The notes under the pieces are model-generated. The model saw only the letters and a program-made list of their open reading frames with translations, had not been told where the DNA came from and did no database searches. Of a DNA stretch of 64,000 bases, positions 1-14,727 are shown one piece after another; the first letter of the stretch is position 1, and every line of letters begins with the position of its first letter. The DNA lies in NCBI RefSeq assembly GCF_964355755.1, contig NC_092672.1:14012001-14076000 (forward strand), written 5' to 3'. The DNA comes from Antedon mediterranea. Lineage: Eukaryota; Animalia; Echinodermata. The translations under genes were made by a program, and so were the position numbers.

Positions 1-162
1 AGGCGTTGGTTTTAGGCACCAGTCATTTCGATGGCGTGGGTTCGAATCCCACCGCTGCCAATATTCTTTTACCGGCTAACTACATAACGTACAAATGATA
101 TAATGTAAAAATTCATTAGAAATACCGTAACCTTTTTTCTAAATAAATGTGACAACATTCGA

Positions 163-244
163 GGTAGCGTGGCCGAGCGGTCTAAGGCGCTGGTTTTAGG
201 CACCAGTCATTTCGATGGCGTGGGTTCGAATCCCACCGCTGCCA
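163..244 (+). tRNA. tRNA-Leu(TAG), representative intact copy
   Basis: Anticodon arm CTGGT-TTTAGGC-ACCAG; acceptor stem GGTAGCG/CGCTGCC; T arm GTGGG-TTCGAAT-CCCAC. Confidence 0.95.
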
Positions 245-1450
245 ATTTGGTTTTACCGGCTAACTACATAACGTACAAATGATATAATGTAAAAATTCAT
301 TAGAAATACCGAAACCTTTTTTCTAAATAAATGTGACAACATTCAAGGTAGCGTGGCCGAGCGGTCTAAGGCGTTGGTTTTAGGCACCAGTCATTTCGAT
401 GGCGTGGGTTCGAATCCCACCGCTGCCAATATTCTTTTACCGGCTAACTTCATAACGTACAAATGATATAATGTAAAAATTCATTAGAAATACCGAAACC
501 TTTTTTCTAAATAAATCTGACAACATTCAAGGTAACGTGGCCGAGCGGTCTAAGCCGCTGGTTTAAGGTACCAGTCATTTCGATGGCGTGGGTTCGAATC
601 CCACCGCTGCCAATAGGGTTTTACCGGCTCAAAACATAACGTACAAATGATATAATGTAAAAATTCATTAGAAATACCGAAACCTTTTTTCTAAATAAAT
701 GTGACAACATTCAAGGTAGCGTGGCCGAGCGGTTTAAGGCGTTGGTTTTAGGCACCAGTCATTTCGATGGCGTGGGTTCGAATCCCACCGCTGCCAATAT
801 TCTTTTACCGGCTAACTTCATAACGTACAAATGATATAATGTAAAAATTCATTAGAAATACCGAAACCTTTTTTCTAAATAAATGTGACAACATTCAAGG
901 TAACGTGGCCGAGCGGTCTAAGGCGCTGGTTTAAGGTACCAGTCATTTCGATGGCGTGGGTTCGAATCCCACCGCTGCCAATAGGGTTTTACCGGCTCAA
1001 AACATAACGTACAAATGATATAATGTAAAAATTCATTAGAAATACCGAAACCTTTTTTCTAAATAAATGTGACAACATTCAAGGTAGCGTGGCCGAGCGG
1101 TTTAAGGCGTTGGTTTTAGGCACCAGTCATTTCGATGGCGTGGGTTCGAATCCCACCGCTGCCAATATTCTTTTACCGGCTAACTACATAACGTACAAAT
1201 GATATAATGTAAAAATTCATTAGAAATACCGAAACCTTTTTTCTAAATAAATGTGACAACATTCAAGGTAGCGTGGCCGAGCGGTCTAAGGCGCTGGTTT
1301 AAGGCACCAGTCGTTTCAATGGCGTAGGTTCGAATCCCACCGCTGCCAATATGGTTTTACCAGCTCAAAACATAACGTACAAATGATATAATGTAAAAAT
1401 TCATTAGAAATACCGAAACCTTTTTTCTAAATAAATGTGACAACATGCAA

Positions 1451-1514
1451 GGTAGCGTGGCCGAGCGGTCTAAGGCGCTGGTTTAAGGCGTAGGTTCGAA
1501 TCCCACCGCTGCCA
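1451..1514 (+). pseudogene. tRNA-Leu(AAG) pseudogene with 18-nt internal deletion (second copy at ~13189)
   Basis: GGTTTAAGGC|GTAGGTTCG: the 3' anticodon stem and variable arm are lost between two GGC microhomologies. Confidence 0.9.
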
Positions 1515-1584
1515 ATATGGTTTTACCAGCTCAAAACATAACGTACAAATGATATAATGTAAAAATTCATTAGAAATACCGAAA

Positions 1585-1894
1585 TAATAATAATAATAAT
1601 ACCACATTTATATAGCGCCCTTTTCATGAGTAATCATGCTCAAAGGCGCTTTACAAGGATTATTACCCCAGTATTTTTTGGGATCAAACACGTATGGAAA
1701 CATACTCCCATAATGCAGCCGGTAACCAGCGCAAAGTTGTGTCTAGATCTAACTGGGTACCCATTTATACACCTGGGTGGAGAGAGGCAACGTAAGTAAA
1801 GTATCTTGCCTACGGATACAAGCAATGCGGCGAGAGTTGGATTCGAACCTAGGTCTGACGATCGGTAGTCCAACGTCCAACACACTGCGCCACA
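1585..1894 (-). mobile_element. tRNA-derived SINE (CORE-like centre, L2-type 3' tail), copy 1
   Basis: Minus strand has an A box TGGCGCAGTGTG and B box GGTTCGAATCC. The centre GTAGGCAAGATACTTTAC...CCACCCAGGTGTATAAATGGG resembles the CORE domain. The tail GTAAAGCGCCTTTGAG...AAGGGCGCTATATAAAT is followed by (TTA)n. CGAAA is duplicated at 1580-1584 and 1895-1899, and the empty site is visible in other units. Confidence 0.88.
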
Positions 1895-1931
1895 CGAAAC
1901 CTTTTTTCTAAATAAATGTGACAACATGCAA

Positions 1932-2000
1932 GGTAGCGTGGCCGAGCGGTTTTAGGCAGCAGTCATTTCGATGGCGTGGGTTCGAATCCCACCGCTGCCA
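1932..2000 (+). pseudogene. tRNA-Leu(TAG) pseudogene with 13-nt deletion; the same allele follows every SINE copy
   Basis: GAGCGGT|TTTAGGCAGCAG: deletion between GGT microhomologies removes the 3' D arm and 5' anticodon stem. Confidence 0.9.
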
Positions 2001-2102
2001 ATAGGGTTTTACCGGCTCAAAACATAACGTACAAATTATATAATGTAAAAATTCATTAGAAATACCGAAACCATTTTTCTAAATAAATTTACCAACATTC
2101 GA

Positions 2103-2184
2103 GGTAGCGTGGCCGAGCGGTCTAAGGCGCTGGTTTAAGGCACCAGTCATTTCGATGGCGTGGGTTCGAATCCCACCGCTGCCA
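2103..2184 (+). tRNA. tRNA-Leu(AAG), representative intact copy
   Basis: Anticodon arm CTGGT-TTAAGGC-ACCAG; otherwise identical to the TAG copy. Confidence 0.95.
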
Positions 2185-2989
2185 ATTTGGTTTTACCGGC
2201 TAACTACATAACGTACAAATGATATAATGTAAAAATTCATTAGAAATACCGAAACCATTTTTCTAACTAAATTTACCAACATTTAAGGTAGCGTGGCCGA
2301 GCGGTCTAAGGCGCTGGTTTTAGGGACCAGTCATTTCGATGGCGTGGGTTCGAATCCCACCGCTGCAATATTCTTTTACCGGCTCACTACATAACGTACA
2401 AATAATATAATGTAAAAAATCATGAGAATTACCGAAACCATTTTTCTAACTAAATTTACCAACATTTAAGGTAGCGTGGCCGAGCGGTCAAAGGCGTTGG
2501 TTTTAGGCACCAGTCATTTCGATGGCGTGGGTTCGAATCCCACCGCTGCCAATATTCGTTTACCGGCTAACTACATAACGTACAAATGATATAATGTAAA
2601 AATTCATTAGAAATACCGTAACCTTTTTTCTAAATAAATGTGACAACATTCGAGGTAGCGTGGCCGAGCGGTCTAAGGCGCTGGTTTTAGGCACCAGTCA
2701 TTTCGATGGCGTGGGTTCGAATCCCACCGCTGCCAATATTCTTTTACCGGCTAACTACATAACGTACAAATGATATAATGTAAAAATTCATTAGAAATAC
2801 CGAAACCTTTTTTCTAAATAAATGTGACAACATTCAAGGTAGCGTGGCCGAGCGGTCTAAGGCGCTGGTTTAAGGCACCAGTCGTTTCAATGGCGTAGGT
2901 TCGAATCCCACCGCTGCCAATATGGTTTTACCAGCTCAAAACATAACGTACAAATGATATAATGTAAAAATTCATTAGAAATACCGAAA

Positions 2990-3299
2990 TAATAATAATA
3001 ATAATACCACATTTATATAGCGCCCTTTTCATGAGTAATCTTGCTCAAAGGCGCTTTACAAGGATTATTACCCCAGTATTTTTTGGGATCAAACACGTAT
3101 GGAAACATACTCCCATAATGCAGCCGGTAACCAGCGCAAAGTTGTGTCTAGATCTAACTGGGTACCCATTTATACACCTGGGTGGAGAGAGGCAACGTAA
3201 GTAAAGTATCTTGCCTACGGATACAAGCAATGCGGCGAGAGTTGGATTCGAACCTAGGTCTGACGATCGGTAGTCCAACGTCCAACACACTGCGCCACA
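2990..3299 (-). mobile_element. Same SINE, copy 2
   Basis: Near-identical sequence and same insertion site as copy 1. Confidence 0.88.
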
Positions 3300-5453
3300 C
3301 GAAACCTTTTTTCTAAATAAATGTGACAACATGCAAGGTAGCGTGGCCGAGCGGTTTTAGGCAGCAGTCATTTCGATGGCGTGGGTTCGAATCCCACCGC
3401 TGCCAATAGGGTTTTACCGGCTCAAAACATAACGTACAAATGATATAATGTAAAAATTCATTAGAAATACCGAAACCATTTTTCTAAATAAATTTACCAA
3501 CATTCGAGGTAGCGTGGCCGAGCGGTCTAAGGCGCTGGTTTAAGGCACCAGTCATTTCGATGGCGTGGGTTCGAATCCCACCGCTGCCAATTTGGTTTTA
3601 CCGGCTAACTACATAACGTACAAATGATATAATGTAAAAATTCATTAGAAATACCGAAACCATTTTTCTAACTAAATTTACCAACATTTAAGGTAGCGTG
3701 GCCGAGCGGTCTAAGGCGCTGGTTTTAGGGACCAGTCATTTCGATGGCGTGGGTTCGAATCCCACCGCTGCCAATATTCTTTTACCGGCTCACTACATAA
3801 CGTACAAATAATATAATGTAAAAAATCATGAGAATTACCGAAACCATTTTTCTAACTAAATTTACCAACATTTAAGGTAGCGTGGCCGAGCGGTCAAAGG
3901 CGTTGGTTTTAGGCACCAGTCATTTCGATGGCGTGGGTTCGAATCCCACCGCTGCCAATATTCTTTTACCGGCTAACTACATAACGTACAAATGATATAA
4001 TGTAAAAATTCATTAGAAATACCGTAACCTTTTTTCTAAATAAATGTGACAACATTCGAGGTAGCGTGGCCGAGCGGTCTAAGGCGCTGGTTTTAGGCAC
4101 CAGTCATTTCGATGGCGTGGGTTCGAATCCCACCGCTGCCAATTTGGTTTTACCGGCTAACTACATAACGTACAAATGATATAATGTAAAAATTCATTAG
4201 AAATACCGAAACCTTTTTTCTAAATAAATGTGACAACATTCAAGGTAGCGTGGCCGAGCGGTCTAAGGCGTTGGTTTTAGGCACCAGTCATTTCGATGGC
4301 GTGGGTTCGAATCCCACCGCTGCCAATATTTTTTTACCGGCTAACTTCATAACGTACAAATGATATAATGTAAAAATTCATTAGAAATACCGAAACCTTT
4401 TTTCTAAATAAATGTGACAACATTCAAGGTAACGTGGCCGAGCGGTCTAAGGCGCTGGTTTAAGGTACCAGTCATTTCAATGGCGTAGGTTCGAATCCCA
4501 CCGCTGCCAATATGGTTTTACCAGCTCAAAACATAACGTACAATTCTAAATAAATGTGACAACATGCAAGGTAGCGTGGCCGAGCGGTCTAAGGCGCTGG
4601 TTTAAGGCACCAGTCATTTCGATGGCGTGGGTTCGAATCCCACCGCTGCCAATAGGGTTTTACCGGCTCAAAACATAACGTACAAATGATATAATGTAAA
4701 AATTCATTAGAAATACCGAAACCTTTTTTCTAAATAAATGTGACAACATTCAAGGTAGCGTGGCCGAGTGGTTTAAGGCGTTGGTTTTAGGCACCAGTCA
4801 TTTCGATGGCGTGGGTTCGAATCCCACCGCTGCCAATATTCTTTTACCGGCTTCATAACGTACAAATGATATAATGTAAAAATTCATTAGAAATACCAAA
4901 ACCTTTTTCCTAAATAAATATGACAACATTTAAGGTAGCGTGGCCGAGCGGTCTAAGGCACTGGTTTAAGGCACCAGTCAGATCAATGGCGTAGGTTCGA
5001 ATCCCACCGCTGCCAATATGGTTTTACCAGCTCAAAACATAACGTACAAATGATATAATGTAAAAATTCATTAGAAATACCGAAACCTTTTTTCTAAATA
5101 TATGTGACAACATGCAAGGTAGCGTGGCCGAGCGGTCTAAGGCGTTGGTTTTAGGCACCAGTCATTTCGATGGCGTGGGTTCGAATCCCACCGCTGCCAA
5201 TATTCTTTTACCGGCTAACTACATAACGTACAAATGATATAATGTAAAAATTCATTAGAAATACCGAAACCTTTTTTCTAAATAAATGTGACAACATTCA
5301 AGGTAGCGTGGCCGAGCGGTCTAAGGCGCTGGTTTAAGGCACCAGTCGTTTCAATGGCGTAGGTTCGAATCCCACCGCTGCCAATATGGTTTTACCAGCT
5401 CAAAACATAACGTACAAATGATATAATGTAAAATTTCATTAGAAATACCGAAA

Positions 5454-5763
5454 TAATAATAATAATAATACCACATTTATATAGCGCCCTTTTCATGAGT
5501 AATCATGCTCAAAGGCGCTTTACAAGGATTATTACCCCAGTATTTTTTGGGATCAAACACGTATGGAAACATACTCCCATAATGCAGCCGGTAACCAGCG
5601 CAAAGTTGTGTCTAGATCTAACTGGGTACCCATTTATACACCTGGGTGGAGAGAGGCAACGTAAGTAAAGTATCTTGCCTACGGATACAAGCAATGCGGC
5701 GAGAGTTGGATTCGAACCTAGGTCTGACGATCGGTAGTCCAACGTCCAACACACTGCGCCACA
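5454..5763 (-). mobile_element. Same SINE, copy 3
   Basis: Near-identical sequence and same insertion site. Confidence 0.88.
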
Positions 5764-8664
5764 CGAAACCTTTTTTCTAAATAAATGTGACAACATGCAA
5801 GGTAGCGTGGCCGAGCGGTTTTAGGCAGCAGTCATTTCGATGGCGTGGGTTCGAATCCCACCGCTGCCAATAGGGTTTTACCGGCTCAAAACATAACGTA
5901 CAAATGATATAATGTAAAAATTCATTAGAAATACCGAAACCATTTTTCTAAATAAATTTACCAACATTAAAGGTAGCGTGGCCGAGCGGTCTAAGGCGTT
6001 GGTTTTAGGCAGCAGTCATTTCGATGGCGTGGGTTCGAATCCCACCGCTGCCAATAGGGTTTTTAATGTAAAAAATAATTAGAATTACCGAAACCATTTT
6101 TCTAACTTAATTTACCAACATTTAAGGTAGCGTGGCCGAGCAGTCTAAGGCGTTGGTTTTAGGCACCAGTCATTTCGTTGGCGTGGGTTCGAATCCCACC
6201 GCTGCCAATATTCTTTTACCGGCTAACTACATAACGTACAAATGATATAATGTAAAAATTCATTAGAAATACCGAAACATTTTTTCCAAATAAATGTGAC
6301 AACATTCAAGGTAGCGTGGCCGAGCGGTCTAAGGCGCTGGTTTAAGGCACCAGTCATTCCGATGGCGTGGGTTCGAATCCCACCGCTGCCAATATTCTTT
6401 TACCGGCTAACTACATAACGTACAAATGATATAATGTAAAAATTCATTAGAAATACCGAAACCATTTTTCTAACTAAATGTGACAACTTTCAAGGTAGCG
6501 TGGCCGAGCGGTCTAAGGCGTTGGTTTTAGGCACCAGTCATTTCGATGGCGTGGGTTCGAATCCCACAGCTGGCAATATTCTTTTACCGGCTAACTACAT
6601 AACGTACAAATGATATAATGTAAAAATTCATTAGAAATACCGAAACATTTTTTCTAAATAAATGTGATAACATTCAAGGTAGCGTGGCCGAGCGGTCTAA
6701 GGCGCTGGTTTAAGGCACCAGTCATTTCAATGGCGTAGGTTCGAATCCCACCGCTGCCAATATGGTTTTACCAGCTCAAACATAACGTACAAATGATATA
6801 ATGTAAAAATTCATTAGAAATACCGAAACCTTTTTTCTAAATAAATGTGACAACATTCAAGGTAGCGTGGACGAGCGGCCTAAGGCGCTGGTTTAAGGCA
6901 CCAGTCATTTCGATGGCGTGGGTTCAAATCCCACCGCTGCCAATATTCTTTTACCGGCTAACTACATAACGTACAAATGATATAATGTACACATTCATTA
7001 GAAATACCGAAATATTTTTTCTAAATAAATGTGACAACATTCAAGGTAGCGTGGCCGAGCGGTCTAAGGCGCTGGCTTAAGGCACCAGTCATTTCGATGG
7101 CGTGTGTTCGAATCCCACCGCTGCCAATATTCTTTTACCGGCTAACTACATAACGTAAAAATGATATAATGTAAAAATTCATTAGAAATACCGAAACCAT
7201 TTTTCTAACTAAATTTGCCAACATTTAAGGTAGCGTGGACGAGCGGTCTAAGGCGCTGGTTTTAGGGACCAGTCATTTCGATGGCGTGGGTTCGAATCCC
7301 ACCGCTGCCAATATTCTTTTACCGGCTCACTACATAACGTACAAATGATATAATGTAAAAAATCATGAGAATTACCGAAACCATTTTTCTAACTAAATTT
7401 ACCAACATTTAAGGTAGCGTGGCCGAGCGGTCAAAGGCGTTGGTTTTAGGCACCAGTCATATCGATGGCGTGGGTTCGAATCCCACCGCTGCCAATATTC
7501 TTTTACCGGCTAACTACATAACGTACAAATGATATAATGTAAAAATTCATTAGAAATACCGTAACCTTTTTTCTAAATAAATGTGACAACATTCGAGGTA
7601 GCGTGGCCGAGCGGTCTAAGGCGCTGGTTTAAGGCACCAGTCATTTCGATGGCGTGGGTTCGAATCCCACCGCTGCCAATTTGGCTTTACCGGCTAACTA
7701 CATAACGTACAAATGATATAATGTAAAAATTCATTAGAAATACCGAAACCATTTTTCTAACTAAATTTACCAACATTTAAGGTAGCGTGGCCGAGCGGTC
7801 TAAGGCGCTGGTTTTAGGGACCAGTAATTTCGATGGCGTGGGTTCGAATCCCACCGCTGCCAATATTCTTTTACCGGCTCACTACATAACGTACAAATAA
7901 TATAATGTAAAAAATCATGAGAATTACCGAAACCATTTTTCTAACTAAATTTACCAACATTTAAGGTAGCGTGGCCGAGCGGTTTAAGGCGTTGGTTTTA
8001 GGCACCAGTCATTTCGATGGCGTGGGTTCGAATCCCACCGCTGCCAATATTCTTTTACCGGCTTCATAACGTACAAATGATATAATGTAAAAATTCATTA
8101 GAAATACCGAAACCTTTTTCCTAAATAAATATGACAACATTTAAGGTAGCGTGGCCGAGCGGTCTAAGGCACTGGTTTAAGGCACCAGTCAGATCAATGG
8201 CGTAGGTTCGAATCCCACCGCTGCCAATATGGTTTTACCAGCTCAAAACATAACGTACAAATGATATAATGTAAAAATTCATTAGAAATACCGAAACCTT
8301 TTTTCTAAATAAATGTGACAACATGCAAGGTAGCGTGGCCGAGCGGTCTAAGGCGTTGGTTTTAGGCACCAGTCATTTCGATGGCGTGGGTTCGAATCCC
8401 ACCGCTGCCAATATTCTTTTACCGGCTAACTACATAACGTACAAATGATATAATGTAAAAATTCATTAGAAATACCGAAACCTTTTTTCTAAATAAATGT
8501 GACAACATTCAAGGTAGCGTGGCCGAGCGGTCTAAGGCGCTGGTTTAAGGCACCAGTCGTTTCAATGGCGTAGGTTCGAATCCCACCGCTGCCAATATGG
8601 TTTTACCAGCTCAAAACATAACGTACAAATGATATAATGTAAAATTTCATTAGAAATACCGAAA

Positions 8665-8974
8665 TAATAATAATAATAATACCACATTTATATAGCGCCC
8701 TTTTCATGAGTAATCATGCTCAAAGGCGCTTTACAAGGATTATTACCCCAGTATTTTTTGGGATCAAACACGTATGGAAACATACTCCCATAATGCAGCC
8801 GGTAACCAGCGCAAAGTTGTGTCTAGATCTAACTGGGTACCCATTTATACACCTGGGTGGAGAGAGGCAACGTAAGTAAAGTATCTTGCCTACGGATACA
8901 AGCAATGCGGCGAGAGTTTGATTCGAACCTAGGTCTGACGATCGGTAGTCCAACGTCCAACACACTGCGCCACA
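8665..8974 (-). mobile_element. Same SINE, copy 4
   Basis: Near-identical; one substitution at the 3' end of the B box. Confidence 0.88.
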
Positions 8975-11900
8975 CGAAACCTTTTTTCTAAATAAATGTG
9001 ACAACATGCAAGGTAGCGTGGCCGAGCGGTTTTAGGCAGCAGTCATTTCGATGGCGTGGGTTCGAATCCCACCGCTGCCAATAGGGTTTTACCGGCTCAA
9101 AACATAACGTACAAATGATATAATGTAAAAATTCATTAGAAATACCGAAACCATTTTTCTAAATAAATTTACCAACATTAAAGGTAGCGTGGCCGAGCGG
9201 TCTAAGGCGTTGGTTTTAGGCAGCAGTCATTTCGATGGCGTGGGTTCGAATCCCACCGCTGCCAATAGGGTTTTTAATGTAAAAAATAATTAGAATTACC
9301 GAAACCATTTTTCTAACTTAATTTACCAACATTTAAGGTAGCGTGGCCGAGCAGTCTAAGGCGTTGGTTTTAGGCACCAGTCATTTCGTTGGCGTGGGTT
9401 CGAATCCCACCGCTGCCAATATTCTTTTACCGGCTAACTACATAACGTACAAATGATATAATGTAAAAATTCATTAGAAATACCGAAACATTTTTTCCAA
9501 ATAAATGTGACAACATTCAAGGTAGCGTGGCCGAGCGGTCTAAGGCGCTGGTTTAAGGCACCAGTCATTTCGATGGTGTGGGTTCGAATCACACCGCAGC
9601 CAATATTCTTTTACCGGCTCACTACATAACGTACAAATGATATAATGTAAAAAATCATTAGAAATACAGAAACCATTTTTCTAACTAAATTTACCAACAT
9701 TTAAGGTAGCGTGGCCGACCGGTCTAAGGCGCTGGTTTTAGGCACCAGTCATTTCGATGGCGTGGGTTCGAATCCCACCGCTGCCAATATTCTCTTACAG
9801 GCTCATTACCTAACGTACAAATGATATATTGTAAAATTTCATGAGAATTACCTAAACCATTTTCTAACAAAATTCAAGGTAGCGTGGCTGAGCGGTCTAA
9901 GGCGCTGGTTTAAGGCACCAGTCATTTCGATGGAGTGGGTTCGTATCACACCGCTGCCAAAATTCTTTTACCGGCTCACCACATAACGTACAAATGATAT
10001 AATGTAAAAAGTCATTAGCAATACCGAAACCTTTTTTCTAACTAAATGTGACAACATTCAAGGTAGCGTGGCCGAGCGGTCTAAGGCGCTGGTTTAAGGC
10101 ACCAGTCATTTCGATGGCGTGGGTTCGAATCCCACCGCTGCCAATATTCTTTTACCGGCTAACTACATAACGTACAAATGATATAATGTAAAAATTCATT
10201 AGAAATACCGAAACCTTTTTTGTAAATAAATGTGACAACATTCAAGGTAGCGTGGCCGAGCGGTCTAAGGCGCTGGCTTAAGGCACCAGTCATTTCGATG
10301 GCGTGTGTTCGAATCCCACCGCTGCCAATATTCTTTTACCGGCTAACTACATAACGTACAAATGATATAATGTAAAAATTCATTAGAAATACCGAAACCA
10401 TTTTTCTAACTAAATGTGACAACATTCAAGGTAGCGTGGCCGAGCGGTCTAAGGCGTTGGTTTTAGGCACCAGTCATTTCGATGGCGTGGGTTCGAATCC
10501 CACCGCTGCCAATATTCTTTTACCGGCTAACTACATAACGTACAAATGATATAATGTAAAAATTCATTAGAAATACCGAAACATTTTTTCTAAATAAATG
10601 TGACAACATTCAAGGTAGCGTGGCCGAGCGGTCTAAGGCGCTGGTTTAAGGCACCAGTCTTTTCAATGGCGTAGGTTCGAATCCCACCGCTGCCAATATG
10701 GTTTTACCAGCTCAAACATAACGTACAAATGATATAATGTAAAAATTCATTAGAAATACCGAAACCTTTTTTCTAACTAAATGTGACAACATTCAAGGTA
10801 GCATGGCCGAGCGGTCTAAGGCGCTGGTTTAAGGCACCAGTCATTTCGATGGCGTGTGTTCGAATCCCACCGCTGCCAATATTCTTTTACCGGCTAACTA
10901 CATAACGTAAAAATGATATAATGTAAAAATTCATTAGAAATACCGAAACCATTTTTCTAACTAAATTTGCCAACATTTAAGGTAGCGTGGACGAGCGGTC
11001 TAAGGCGCTGGTTTTAGGGACCAGTCATTTCGATGGCGTGGGTTCGAATCCCACCGCTGCCAATATTCTTTTACCGGCTCACTACATAACGTACAAATGA
11101 TATAATGTCAAAAATCATGAGAATTACCGAAACCATTTTTCTAACTAAATTTACCAACATTTAAGGTAGCGTGGCCGAGCGGTCAAAGGCGTTGGTTTTA
11201 GGCACCAGTCATTTCGATGGCGTGGGTTCGAATCCCACCGCTGCCAATATTCTTTTACCGGCTAACTACATAACGTACAAATGATATAATGTAAAAATTC
11301 ATTAGAAATACCGTAACCTTTTTTCTAAATAAATGTGACAACATTCGAGGTAGCGTGGCCGAGCGGTCTAAGGCGCTGGTTTAAGACACCAGTCATTTCG
11401 ATGGCGTGGGTTCGAATCCCACCGCTGCCAATTTGGTTTTACCGGCTAACTACATAACGTACAAATGATATAATGTAAAAATTCATTAGAAATACCGAAA
11501 CCATTTTTCTAACTAAATTTACCAACATTTAAGGTAGCGTGGCCGAGCGGTCTAAGGCGCTGGTTTTAGGGACCAGTCATTTCGATGGCGTGGGTTCGAA
11601 TCCCACCGCTGCCAATATTCTTTTACCGGCTCACTACATAACGTACAAATAATATAATGTAAAAAATCATGAGAATTACCGAAACCATTTTTCTAACTAA
11701 ATTTACCAACATTTAAGGTAGCGTGGCCGAGCGGTCAAAGGCGTTGGTTTTAGGCACCAGTCATTTCGATGGCGTGGGTTCGAATCCCACCGCTGCCAAT
11801 ATTCTTTTACCGGCTAACTACATAACGTACAAATGATATAATGTAAAAATTCATTAGAAATACCGTAACCTTTTTTCTAAATAAATGTGACAACATTCGA

Positions 11901-13322
11901 GGTAGCGTGGCCGAGCGGTCTAAGGCGCTGGTTTTAGGCACCAGTCATTTCGATGGCGTGGGTTCGAATCCCACCGCTGCCAATTTGGTTTTACCGGCTA
12001 ACTACATAACGTACAAATGATATAATGTAAAAATTCATTAGAAATACCGAAACCTTTTTTCTAAATAAATGTGACAACATTCAAGGTAGCGTGGCCGAGC
12101 GGTCTAAGGCGTTGGTTTTAGGCACCAGTCATTTCGATGGCGTGGGTTCGAATCCCACCGCTGCCAATATTCTTTTACCGGCTAACTTCATAACGTACAA
12201 ATGATATAATGTAAAAATTCATTAGAAATACCGAAACCTTTTTTCTAAATAAATCTGACAACATTCAAGGTAACGTGGCCGAGCGGTCTAAGCCGCTGGT
12301 TTAAGGTACCAGTCATTTCGATGGCGTGGGTTCGAATCCCACCGCTGCCAATAGGGTTTTACCGGCTCAAAACATAACGTACAAATGATATAATGTAAAA
12401 ATTCATTAGAAATACCGAAACCTTTTTTCTAAATAAATGTGACAACATTCAAGGTAGCGTGGCCGAGCGGTTTAAGGCGTTGGTTTTAGGCACCAGTCAT
12501 TTCGATGGCGTGGGTTCGAATCCCACCGCTGCCAATATTCTTTTACCGGCTAACTTCATAACGTACAAATGATATAATGTAAAAATTCATTAGAAATACC
12601 GAAACCTTTTTTCTAAATAAATGTGACAACATTCAAGGTAACGTGGCCGAGCGGTCTAAGGCGCTGGTTTAAGGTACCAGTCATTTCGATGGCGTGGGTT
12701 CGAATCCCACCGCTGCCAATAGGGTTTTACCGGCTCAAAACATAACGTACAAATGATATAATGTAAAAATTCATTAGAAATACCGAAACCTTTTTTCTAA
12801 ATAAATGTGACAACATTCAAGGTAGCGTGGCCGAGCGGTTTAAGGCGTTGGTTTTAGGCACCAGTCATTTCGATGGCGTGGGTTCGAATCCCACCGCTGC
12901 CAATATTCTTTTACCGGCTAACTACATAACGTACAAATGATATAATGTAAAAATTCATTAGAAATACCGAAACCTTTTTTCTAAATAAATGTGACAACAT
13001 TCAAGGTAGCGTGGCCGAGCGGTCTAAGGCGCTGGTTTAAGGCACCAGTCGTTTCAATGGCGTAGGTTCGAATCCCACCGCTGCCAATATGGTTTTACCA
13101 GCTCAAAACATAACGTACAAATGATATAATGTAAAAATTCATTAGAAATACCGAAACCTTTTTTCTAAATAAATGTGACAACATGCAAGGTAGCGTGGCC
13201 GAGCGGTCTAAGGCGCTGGTTTAAGGCGTAGGTTCGAATCCCACCGCTGCCAATATGGTTTTACCAGCTCAAAACATAACGTACAAATGATATAATGTAA
13301 AAATTCATTAGAAATACCGAAA

Positions 13323-13632
13323 TAATAAAAATAATAATACCACATTTATATAGCGCCCTTTTCATGAGTAATCATGCTCAAAGGCGCTTTACAAGTATTA
13401 TTACCCCAGTATTTTTTGGGATCAAACACGTATGGAAACATACTCCCATAATGCAGCCGGTAACCAGCGCAAAGTTGTGTCTAGATCTAACTGGGTACCC
13501 ATTTATACACCTGGGTGGAGAGAGGCAACGTAAGTAAAGTATCTTGCCTACGGATACAAGCAATGCGGCGAGAGTTGGATTCGAACCTAGGTCTGACGAT
13601 CGGTAGTCCAACGTCCAACACACTGCGCCACA
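13323..13632 (-). mobile_element. Same SINE, copy 5
   Basis: Copy 1 + 11,738 bp. Confidence 0.88.
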
Positions 13633-14727
13633 CGAAACCTTTTTTCTAAATAAATGTGACAACATGCAAGGTAGCGTGGCCGAGCGGTTTTAGGCAGCAG
13701 TCATTTCGATGGCGTGGGTTCGAATCCCACCGCTGCCAATAGGGTTTTACCGGCTCAAAACATAACGTACAAATTATATAATGTAAAAATTCATTAGAAA
13801 TACCGAAACCATTTTTCTAAATAAATTTACCAACATTCGAGGTAGCGTGGCCGAGCGGTCTAAGGCGCTGGTTTAAGGCACCAGTCATTTCGATGGCGTG
13901 GGTTCGAATCCCACCGCTGCCAATTTGGTTTTACCGGCTAACTACATAACGTACAAATGATATAATGTAAAAATTCATTAGAAATACCGAAACCATTTTT
14001 CTAACTAAATTTACCAACATTTAAGGTAGCGTGGCCGAGCGGTCTAAGGCGCTGGTTTTAGGGACCAGTCATTTCGATGGCGTGGGTTCGAATCCCACCG
14101 CTGCAATATTCTTTTACCGGCTCACTACATAACGTACAAATAATATAATGTAAAAAATCATGAGAATTACCGAAACCATTTTTCTAACTAAATTTACCAA
14201 CATTTAAGGTAGCGTGGCCGAGCGGTCAAAGGCGTTGGTTTTAGGCACCAGTCATTTCGATGGCGTGGGTTCGAATCCCACCGCTGCCAATATTCTTTTA
14301 CCGGCTAACTACATAACGTACAAATGATATAATGTAAAAATTCATTAGAAATACCGTAACCTTTTTTCTAAATAAATGTGACAACATTCGAGGTAGCGTG
14401 GCCGAGCGGTCTAAGGCGCTGGTTTTAGGCACCAGTCATTTCGATGGCGTGGGTTCGAATCCCACCGCTGCCAATATTCTTTTACCGGCTAACTACATAA
14501 CGTACAAATGATATAATGTAAAAATTCATTAGAAATACCGAAACCTTTTTTCTAAATAAATGTGACAACATTCAAGGTAGCGTGGCCGAGCGGTCTAAGG
14601 CGCTGGTTTAAGGCACCAGTCGTTTCAATGGCGTAGGTTCGAATCCCACCGCTGCCAATATGGTTTTACCAGCTCAAAACATAACGTACAAATGATATAA
14701 TGTAAAAATTCATTAGAAATACCGAAA

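Noticed and set aside
1790-1894. Possible minus-strand tRNA gene
   Set aside because: It has A and B boxes but no proper cloverleaf and continues into a SINE body and tail.
1640-1927. Seven-fold repeated 95-aa ORF (MLSHLFRKK...)
   Set aside because: It begins in the array spacer and reads through a non-coding SINE; identity reflects recent duplication, not coding constraint.
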